Shown here: piece after piece, positions 1-5,868 of the stretch | How positions within the stretch are numbered: the stretch's first letter is position 1 | Layout: each line of letters begins with the position of its first letter | Assembly: GCA_964373935.1 (NCBI GenBank) | Contig: CAYJWT010000015.1 | Coordinates: forward strand, 1-15,535 | Direction of reading: 5' to 3' | Source of the DNA: an uncultured archaeon | Lineage (GTDB): Archaea > Iainarchaeota > Iainarchaeia > Iainarchaeales > CAYJWT01 | Length of the DNA: 15,535 nt | The notes under the pieces: model-generated | Seen by the model: the letters and a program-made list of their open reading frames with translations, nothing else | What the model was told of the DNA's origin: nothing | Database searches by the model: none | Position numbers and translations under genes: made by a program

Positions 1-56
1 ACAGGGGAAGTGAAACAACAACACTGGAAATTCTTTCCCCCGGTTTTTCTGCTGCT

Positions 57-317
57 GTGGAAAAAAATTTTCCTGCAATAGCAATTGTCATAATTATTGT
101 GGCTTTTTTGCTCTTTTTTACCAAGGAAAAGCTGATTGCATGGCATAGGGTTTTTTCCCTTGAATCAAGAAAAAGGCATTTGGCAAAGCTTGAGCGGGAA
201 CTGCAGGAAAAATACTTCAGGCAGAAACTTGTTTCAAGGGCAGATTACAAGAGGCAGATGGACGAGTATGAGAATGAGGCGCATGAGCTTGAGGAAAAGC
301 TGGCGGGCTTAAAATGA
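57..317 (+). CDS. Small membrane protein with one N-terminal TM helix and a SHOCT-like coiled-coil tail. The frame is open to window position 3, so this may be the 3' end of a longer upstream paralog of the next gene.
   Basis: GTG at 57. The hydrophobic stretch AIAIVIIIVAFLLFF is followed by RADYKRQMDEYENEAHELEEKL, which resembles the SHOCT short C-terminal domain motif. The stop TGA overlaps the next ATG as ATGA (314-317). There is no in-frame stop upstream back to nt 3. Confidence 0.4.
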   Translation: MEKNFPAIAIVIIIVAFLLFFTKEKLIAWHRVFSLESRKRHLAKLERELQEKYFRQKLVSRADYKRQMDEYENEAHELEEKLAGLK

Positions 318-1492
318 AAAGGGCTTTTTTGCTTCTGGCATTGTTTGTGCTGTTATGGCAACATGCTTTTTCGCTTTCATTGAACACCAACAGGAACATT
401 GCTGAAAAAGGACAGGAAGTGCAGTTTTTCGGGGATTGCGGTGATACTGTAATGGTTTCTGCTTTTGAGGAAGCGAGAGAGCTTTTTTCGGAACAAGCCG
501 AGTGTGTTTCAGGCAGGTTTTTGATGCCAATGCGTGTTCCCATGAACCTGCCTTATGGCGTGTGGAGGGTTGTTGCACAATCCCCTACTGAAAAAAAAGA
601 GGCATCCTTGGAGGTAAGCCAGTCGAGGGAAAGCGCTTTTCTGCTTGTTGTTTTCCACAGGCCCGAGAAAAAAGAGGTAAGGAGAAAGCAGGAAATTGAA
701 ATAACTGTTGAAATAACTGATTCTGGAAAACCTGTTTCCGGGGCAAGGGTGAATTTTTGGGGCGCGAGGGGGGAAAAATTGCAGTTGAAGGATGCGGGAA
801 ACGGTTTTTATAATACAGAATATGAAATGCCTTTTGATGCAGAACAGGGAAACTTTGAGCTTGCTGTTGCCGCTGAGGTGGAGAGCAAAGGCGTTTTTTT
901 TGGGGGCGAAAGCAGGGCAGTTCTTTCTGTCCAGAATGCACTTGTTGAAATAGAACTGCTTGAGCCAAAAAAGAGGGGTCTTGGTATTGGGGAAAAAACA
1001 GTTTTTTCTGTAAGCGCAATGTACAATGGGATTGAAAAGCTGAACAATCCAAGGGTTTTTCTTGTTGCTGGAGACAAAAATTTTGAGTTCAGGAATGATG
1101 GGGAAAGATTTTTTCTGCAAACATCTTTTGATGCTTCATTTGCTGGGGAAAGAATGATTAAAATTGTTGCTTTTGATGCTGCTGGAAGCTTTGGGGAAAA
1201 AGAGTTTGTTTTCGTTGTGCAGGAGAACCCTTTCAGGTCTTTTGGGATAATGCTGTTTGTTGTAATAATTCTTGCAATGGCTCTTTTCCTTTACTGGCCT
1301 TTTTTGAGGCATTCTTTTTGGGAGAAGAGCGAAAAAAAAGACCTTGGCAAAAGAAGAGAGTTTATTGAAAAAAGCATTGATAGCCTAAAGAAAAGATACT
1401 ATGGCGGAAAAATAATGGACAAGTCAGCTTACAGGGAAAAGCTCGCGGAAATGGAAAAGGAGCTCAGGGAAATAGGCGCAAAATTAAATTGA
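314..1492 (+). CDS. Type I membrane or surface protein. It has an N-terminal signal peptide, a beta-rich extracellular region of about 270 aa (two Ig-like or carboxypeptidase-regulatory-like segments), a C-terminal TM helix and a cytoplasmic SHOCT-like tail.
   Basis: The N-terminus MKRAFLLLALFVLLWQHAFS is signal-peptide-like. The TM helix GIMLFVVIILAMALFLYWPFL lies near the C-terminus. The tail LKKRYYGGKIMDKSAYREKLAEMEKEL matches the SHOCT pattern (RY.G.I..eY..k...L). The ATGA overlap with the upstream ORF suggests translational coupling. Confidence 0.6.
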   Translation: MKRAFLLLALFVLLWQHAFSLSLNTNRNIAEKGQEVQFFGDCGDTVMVSAFEEARELFSEQAECVSGRFLMPMRVPMNLPYGVWRVVAQSPTEKKEASLEVSQSRESAFLLVVFHRPEKKEVRRKQEIEITVEITDSGKPVSGARVNFWGARGEKLQLKDAGNGFYNTEYEMPFDAEQGNFELAVAAEVESKGVFFGGESRAVLSVQNALVEIELLEPKKRGLGIGEKTVFSVSAMYNGIEKLNNPRVFLVAGDKNFEFRNDGERFFLQTSFDASFAGERMIKIVAFDAAGSFGEKEFVFVVQENPFRSFGIMLFVVIILAMALFLYWPFLRHSFWEKSEKKDLGKRREFIEKSIDSLKKRYYGGKIMDKSAYREKLAEMEKELREIGAKLN

Positions 1493-1493
1493 T

Positions 1494-2375
1494 TTGCTTA
1501 CAATAATATGTGGTTTTATGGGCTGGAAACCAATTCAGGATGCTTTGTCTGTGGTTATGGGCAAAATTGCCGGGCTTTTGAAAGAGAACCAAATCCAACT
1601 CCGGTCCGCTCCAAAAAAAAGGCTTGTTGAAGAAAAAAAGGAAAAGCAGGATTTTGAGCAGGCAAAAATTGAAATCTTGCCAATAAGGGTGAATGGCTTT
1701 GACAGGCTTCTTGACGACCATGGTTTTGAGAAAGGTTCAACAATCCTTATAAGCGGCGGTACGGGAACAGGAAAAACAACCTTCTGCATTCAGAGCCTTT
1801 ACAACGGTGCCCTGAACGGGGAAAAGGGGATATACATTTCTTTTGAGGAAGAGCCCAAAAAAATAAGGGCTCATATGAAAAAAAACTTTGGCTGGGATGT
1901 TGTTGCCATGGAGAAAAAAGGCCTGATGGCGCTGGTAAAGTTTGACCCTGTGGAAATGGCAAGGAGTGTGGAAGGGGCGCTTGAAAGGCAGGCAGGCATG
2001 TTGAGGATTGAGCTGGAAAAAATAAAGTTCCCCATTGTTCCCGACAGGGTTGCAGTGGACTCGTTGTCAGCCCTCTCCATTGAATTTGAGTCAGAGGAAA
2101 ACTTCAGGAAATACCTCAAGGAGCTTTTTGAAATGCTTTCACAGTACAATTCAGTGAATTATGTCCTGAGCGAAACAGAGCAGAATCCCAGAGTATATTC
2201 ACGCACGGGAGTGGAAGAGTTCCTCGCTGATGGGGTAGTGGTGCTTTACAACATAAAAGAGGGCAAAAAGAGAAGGAACGCAATAGAGATACTGAAGCTG
2301 AGGAGCGGCAGGCATACCAAAAAAATGTTCACCTACGAGATTGGAAAAGACGGCTTATCAATAATTTCCGAGTGA
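1494..2375 (+). CDS. KaiC/RadA-like RecA-superfamily ATPase (single KaiC-type domain) with an N-terminal extension of about 90 aa. The track start is TTG 1494; the first ATG is at 1518.
   Basis: Walker A is ILISGGTGTGKTTFCIQSL. The downstream ISFEEEP... and hydrophobic Walker B-like strand (VVLYNIKEG...IEILKLRSGRH) are typical of archaeal KaiC-like proteins. The start lies 2 nt after the upstream stop. Confidence 0.8.
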   Translation: MLTIICGFMGWKPIQDALSVVMGKIAGLLKENQIQLRSAPKKRLVEEKKEKQDFEQAKIEILPIRVNGFDRLLDDHGFEKGSTILISGGTGTGKTTFCIQSLYNGALNGEKGIYISFEEEPKKIRAHMKKNFGWDVVAMEKKGLMALVKFDPVEMARSVEGALERQAGMLRIELEKIKFPIVPDRVAVDSLSALSIEFESEENFRKYLKELFEMLSQYNSVNYVLSETEQNPRVYSRTGVEEFLADGVVVLYNIKEGKKRRNAIEILKLRSGRHTKKMFTYEIGKDGLSIISE

Positions 2376-2381
2376 TAGAAA

Positions 2382-2588
2382 ATGAAAAAACTTTTTGTCG
2401 GGATTGTGATTGCGTTTGTTTTTCTTTATTTTCTTTCCTTTTTGTCAAGCTCCGGCATCGGGGAAATCATCCTGTCCAGCCAGCCCCTTTCCGCAAAATT
2501 CACTGCATGCAAGGGAATCCTTGTAAACCTTGACACAATAAACAAGGAAAGGGAACAGCAGTGGCCGGAGCCAATAAAGCCAAAATAA
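2382..2588 (+). CDS. Small membrane protein of 68 aa with one TM helix.
   Basis: ATG 2382 lies 7 nt after the KaiC-like stop. The N-terminal TM segment is LFVGIVIAFVFLYFLSFL, followed by a soluble tail. No family was recognised. Confidence 0.35.
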   Translation: MKKLFVGIVIAFVFLYFLSFLSSSGIGEIILSSQPLSAKFTACKGILVNLDTINKEREQQWPEPIKPK

Positions 2589-2603
2589 CTTTCAATGGCA
2601 ATT

Positions 2604-2614
2604 AGCGGAGGGAG
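2604..2614. repeat. 11-bp direct repeat AGCGGAGGGAG that duplicates the 3' end of tRNA-Cys (discriminator, acceptor 3' strand and start of the T-stem). Candidate att-site remnant at the left edge of the A+T-rich islet.
   Basis: The sequence is identical to + strand 4127-4137. The following AACC also matches the tRNA T-loop region if 7 nt are deleted. It lies in an intergenic region. Confidence 0.45.
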
Positions 2615-2712
2615 AACCAACCAAAAAGTACGCTTCCCACCAGAAACTTCCCAATTACATTACAGTTTTGTTTATACACTTTTCACTGCAAAATACATAA
2701 AAAGTATAAGGT

Positions 2713-3003
2713 GTGAGAATGCCAAAAAAACTACCTAAATATCCCTCAAGAAAACAGAGGAAAACAATTTTTACAGTATTGGCTAGAATTGAACAGCTAG
2801 GAGGAAAGCCTCATCCGATTACAATAACTGAAGCTGAAAAGTTTGCTAAAGAATATGGTCTTCTTAGGGACTACAACGTTAGAGATACTAGATTTCGAAG
2901 TTGGTTAAACAGGACTACAATAAGTGAGATACAATTAAACCATTATAGCCACATAAAAAAAAATAGAGCAAAACAATATCAGAACATTTTAGAAATGAAG
3001 TAA
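2713..3003 (+). CDS. Hypothetical protein of 96 aa, basic and Lys/Arg-rich, inside the A+T-rich islet.
   Basis: ATG start, with a TATA-like AAATACATAAAAAGTATAAGG upstream. Composition and codon use differ from the flanking genes. No family was recognised. Confidence 0.3.
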   Translation: MRMPKKLPKYPSRKQRKTIFTVLARIEQLGGKPHPITITEAEKFAKEYGLLRDYNVRDTRFRSWLNRTTISEIQLNHYSHIKKNRAKQYQNILEMK

Positions 3004-3032
3004 GATTACTAAAAAGAAGAATTCCCGAAGCA

Positions 3033-3572
3033 TTGGGAAAAAATAGAAAAATAGCGCATGAAAAATTAAAAATAATTGAAAGGGGGCATGTTGCACCCTG
3101 GGACGCTTCACTTAAGGGCATTGTACAAAGGTTTGATTATGTGCCACATGTTCTATCTAGACTAAGCAAAAAACATGCTTATACTGGAAAAGAAGCAATG
3201 TTTGACGAATTGCCGGCTGCCACAAGAAAAGAAATATCAGCCCACAAAAAAAAGGGTTGGAATATTTCCCCCAGTGCTGTTCTACGCCACGAAATCGATA
3301 ATGCACATTATTTAACATACTGGCCACCTGGAACTTATAATTGCCGGCTATTTTTCAATTTATCTGCGTTTCATCAACCTGGTATTAGGCAAGATTCGTG
3401 GGATTTCCGTTGGGGACGTTTAAGAGAAACAGCTGAAGACCCACTCCTTGGCATACAATTGTTTGATCCAAATCCAAAAAAACTGTTAGAATTTGCAAAA
3501 GCAATGGCAAAACGTAGATCAAACAATCCAATTTCAATAATAGATTTGTATGGAAATGTTTTCTATCCATAG
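3033..3572 (+). CDS. Hypothetical protein of 179 aa inside the A+T-rich islet. It apparently starts with TTG and has no recognisable family.
   Basis: Long ORF of ordinary complexity (WPPGTYNCRLFF, HEIDNAHY). It is in a different frame from the preceding 96-aa ORF, and no slippery site joins them. Confidence 0.35.
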   Translation: MGKNRKIAHEKLKIIERGHVAPWDASLKGIVQRFDYVPHVLSRLSKKHAYTGKEAMFDELPAATRKEISAHKKKGWNISPSAVLRHEIDNAHYLTYWPPGTYNCRLFFNLSAFHQPGIRQDSWDFRWGRLRETAEDPLLGIQLFDPNPKKLLEFAKAMAKRRSNNPISIIDLYGNVFYP

Positions 3573-3628
3573 GTGATAAAAATGGTAAAACTTCAGGAAA
3601 ACAAAAACAGGTTTTTTGTTACGGTGAC

Positions 3629-3868
3629 TTATGCGATTGCTTTCACTGTTTTTTTCTTGAGGGTTTCAAAACTTATTTTTGACAGTGCTTCTTTTGGAAG
3701 GTTTTCGGAAACATCGAGTATTTCCAGCCCCACAACCTTGCCTTTTTTGTCAAAATCAAGTATAAACCCTTCTTTGATTTCATCGCTCTGAAAATAGGGC
3801 TTTTCGCTAAACCTGATGTAAATTGCGTCTTTTTTTTCATCGTATTTTATTCTCATTCTTTCACCCAA
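3629..3868 (-). CDS. DUF2283-family small protein, the antitoxin-like partner of DUF4258.
   Basis: The N-terminus MRIKYDEKKDAIYIRFSE...GFILDFDKKGKVVGLEILDVSENL fits the DUF2283 signature (KIxYDxExDalYIrl...ilDyDenGnivGIEIL). It overlaps the upstream DUF4258 gene by 16 nt. Confidence 0.8.
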   Translation of the reverse strand: MGERMRIKYDEKKDAIYIRFSEKPYFQSDEIKEGFILDFDKKGKVVGLEILDVSENLPKEALSKISFETLKKKTVKAIA

Positions 3869-4110
3869 TATTTTTCGATTCTTGTTGTCCTGTAAGCGCT
3901 GATTACAACAAACTCAGACTTCTCAATAACATATATTACTCTCAACAGGAATTTAAGCTTGCCTAATTTGAATATCTTTTGAGCGATTTTCCTGCTTTTA
4001 TTGGCATCCAACAACTGGCCTGGATTATGCAATGTTTCCTCAATTTGTTCCTTTTTTAGCAGGCGTTCTTTAATCTGGCTTTCAGCATGGTTTTCATACT
4101 TTATTTTCAA
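3853..4110 (-). CDS. DUF4258-family small protein, the toxin-like partner of DUF2283.
   Basis: MKIKYENHAESQIKERLLKKEQIEETLHNP...RKIAQKIF...LLRVIYVIEKSEFVVISAYRT matches the DUF4258 pattern (H..ERM.ER.I....VE..L.....RVVY..E.....VVTVY). The gene order and overlap are typical of this pair. Confidence 0.75.
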   Translation of the reverse strand: MKIKYENHAESQIKERLLKKEQIEETLHNPGQLLDANKSRKIAQKIFKLGKLKFLLRVIYVIEKSEFVVISAYRTTRIEKYWVKE

Positions 4111-4126
4111 TTAGGGCACCTTCTCA

Positions 4127-4285
4127 AGCGGAGGGAGGGAGTCGAACCCCCTTGTCTCGGTAACTTCCCAGTTGCACCGAAGCATTTTTTCTTTTCTTTG
4201 GGCAACTTACACTTTCTTTTCTTTTCCTAAAAGAAAAGAAAGGGCAGGTCTGCAGCCGAGTGCATGGCCGTTCTGCCACCCCCGC
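4127..4285 (-). tRNA. tRNA-Cys (anticodon GCA) with an 88-nt intron (4162-4249) at the canonical 37/38 position. The exons are 4250-4285 and 4127-4161, and CCA is not encoded.
   Basis: Hand-folded. Acceptor GCGGGGG/CCTCCGC has one G-U. D-arm is GCAG-AACGGCC-ATGC. Anticodon stem is CTCGG/CCGAG with loop CUGCAGA (U33, GCA, G37). Variable loop is ACAA. T-arm is GGGGG-TTCGACT-CCCTC. Discriminator U73 is the CysRS identity element. Both splice junctions are followed by ACC, and a UGCA/UGCA central helix is possible for a BHB motif. Confidence 0.75.
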
Positions 4286-4363
4286 TTTGTCAAGAAATTC
4301 TGTTCCCAATTGTTTTTAATGCTTTTTAACAGATTTTCATTATAAGGCTTTTATGGTTATTTT

Positions 4364-4585
4364 ATGCCAGATTATAAGCGGATAAAAAAGGAAGACTGCC
4401 CCCATTTCGGGGAGATGAAAATCACGGTTTCGGGCAAAAAGGAATGCGAAGTGTGCAGTGAGACAGCGCATTTGCGCATTTGCACTTCCTGTGGAAAGGT
4501 GCATTGCTGTGAATCATCAAATGCCCATAACAGGGAGCATTTTGAAAAAACCGGTCACCCTATAATCAAGCCAGTCCATGCATAA
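4364..4585 (+). CDS. ZnF-UBP-like small zinc-binding protein of 73 aa.
   Basis: The Cys/His spacing CPHF...CEVC...HLRICTSCGKVHCC...HNREHFEKTGHP matches the UBP-type zinc finger (C.H...C..C...L..C..CG.v.C...H...H...TGHP). TATA-like ATTATAAGG lies about 25 nt upstream. Confidence 0.6.
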   Translation: MPDYKRIKKEDCPHFGEMKITVSGKKECEVCSETAHLRICTSCGKVHCCESSNAHNREHFEKTGHPIIKPVHA

Positions 4586-4638
4586 TATGATTTTACATGG
4601 TGTTATGCGTGCAATGCTTACCTTGGATGTGATTGTTG

Positions 4639-5868
4639 ATGAAACTGGCGATTTTCTCTGACACCCACCTTGGTTTCGGGCAGGGCACTGAAAGGGAACA
4701 GGAGAGCTTTGACAATTTCCGGCAGGCGCTTGAAATTTGCCTGAGAGAGAAAGCCGATTGCATTCTTTTGCCTGGGGACATTTTTGATGAGGCAATTCCA
4801 ACACAGGAAACCTGGAGGGTAACATTCAGGGTTTTTTCCGAGATAAAAAACAAAACAGGCAGCGTGAAGGCAAAAAGGGCAAAGGGTGAAAAGCTTGAAG
4901 AGCTCTCAGTTACCCATGTCCCGGTTATTGCAATTCACGGCACCCACGAGTTCAGGGGCAAAAGGTTTGCAAATGCTTTGGAAGTAATGGAAAAAGCAGG
5001 CTTCCTGTTTTATGTTCATGCCGGCAGGGTTGAAATAGAAAAGGATGCAGAGACTGTTGTGATTCACGGCCTTGGCGGGGTGCCGGAGAAAAAAGCCCTT
5101 GATGTGCTCAGAATGTTCAGCCCCGTTCCTATTCCTGGAAAAAGGAACATTCTTGTCCTGCACCAGTCAATAAAAGAGCTTTTGCCGTTTGGGGATGAAA
5201 TGATTGCCAGCATTTCTTTTTCTGACCTGCCAAAGGGCTTTGATTTAATAGTAAATGGGCATTTTCACTCGCACTCGCTGCAGGATTTGGGGGAAACAAA
5301 GTTTTTCATTCCCGGCTCGACCATTGTAACCCAGATGAAAAAAGCTGAGTCAGAAAAGCCAAAAGGGGTTTTTGTGCTTGATACAAAAACAATGTCCCTT
5401 GGTTTTTTTCCGCTTGAGAGCCAGAGGCAGCTTTTTCACGAAACACTTTCTTTCCAGAACGCCATGCCTGAGGAAGTAAGGCAAAAAACATTTTCCTGCC
5501 TTGAAAGCATGCTTTCAGGAAATTTTAAGCTGAAGCCGCTTGTAAGGGTAAATCTGAAAGGCACCCTTGCCAAAGGCATTTCCCCGGCAGACATACAATT
5601 GCAGGACATTTTCTCCCGCTTTGCAGGAGAAGCAATTATTTCGCTCGATAAGGATTTTTCTGTACAGGATTTTGCCAGAAAGCTTGAGCAGCTCAGGGCA
5701 CTGCAGAAAAACAGAAAATCCATTTCGGCAATGGGTTTGGAGCTGCTGGAAAAAAAGCTTTCCGAAACAGGATTCAGCAAAAGCCTTGATGCAAGGGAGC
5801 TGCTTGAACTGCTGCAGGAAGGAAAAGTTGAAGAGGCAGTGAAAATGCTTTCAAAAGAAACTGCCTAG
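4639..5868 (+). CDS. mre11: Mre11/SbcD-family calcineurin-like metallophosphoesterase (DNA repair nuclease). The track start is TTG 4633; the first ATG is at 4639.
   Basis: Phosphoesterase motifs are present in order: IFSDTHLG (D-x-H), GDIFD, IHGTHEF (GTHE instead of the usual GNHD/E), VNGHFHSH (G-H-x-H) and IPGST. No Rad50, HerA or NurA gene is adjacent. Confidence 0.6.
   Translation: MKLAIFSDTHLGFGQGTEREQESFDNFRQALEICLREKADCILLPGDIFDEAIPTQETWRVTFRVFSEIKNKTGSVKAKRAKGEKLEELSVTHVPVIAIHGTHEFRGKRFANALEVMEKAGFLFYVHAGRVEIEKDAETVVIHGLGGVPEKKALDVLRMFSPVPIPGKRNILVLHQSIKELLPFGDEMIASISFSDLPKGFDLIVNGHFHSHSLQDLGETKFFIPGSTIVTQMKKAESEKPKGVFVLDTKTMSLGFFPLESQRQLFHETLSFQNAMPEEVRQKTFSCLESMLSGNFKLKPLVRVNLKGTLAKGISPADIQLQDIFSRFAGEAIISLDKDFSVQDFARKLEQLRALQKNRKSISAMGLELLEKKLSETGFSKSLDARELLELLQEGKVEEAVKMLSKETA

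Noticed and set aside
509-1120. Minus-strand ORFs of 203, 155 and 89 aa antisense to the SHOCT membrane-protein gene.
   Set aside because: These are shadow ORFs in a coding region with strong sense-strand features (signal peptide, TM helix, SHOCT tail). Their translations are low-complexity and Pro/Ser/Phe-rich.
2713-3572. Possibility that the 96-aa and 179-aa islet ORFs are one gene joined by programmed frameshifting.
   Set aside because: The frames differ and the only overlap is a few nt around GAAATGAAGTAAG. There is no X-XXY-YYZ slippery heptamer and no downstream structure. They are more likely separate or decayed genes.
3573-3791. 72-aa + strand ORF.
   Set aside because: It is antisense to the well-supported DUF2283 gene. 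The hydrophobic, low-complexity translation is typical of a shadow frame.
2604-4137. Looked for an integrase or recombinase gene or terminal inverted repeats in the islet.
   Set aside because: None found. Neither islet ORF shows tyrosine or serine recombinase motifs, so the islet is called a remnant rather than an intact element.
4124-4309. 61-aa minus-strand ORF.
   Set aside because: It coincides exactly with the intron-containing tRNA-Cys gene, so the tRNA explains this sequence.
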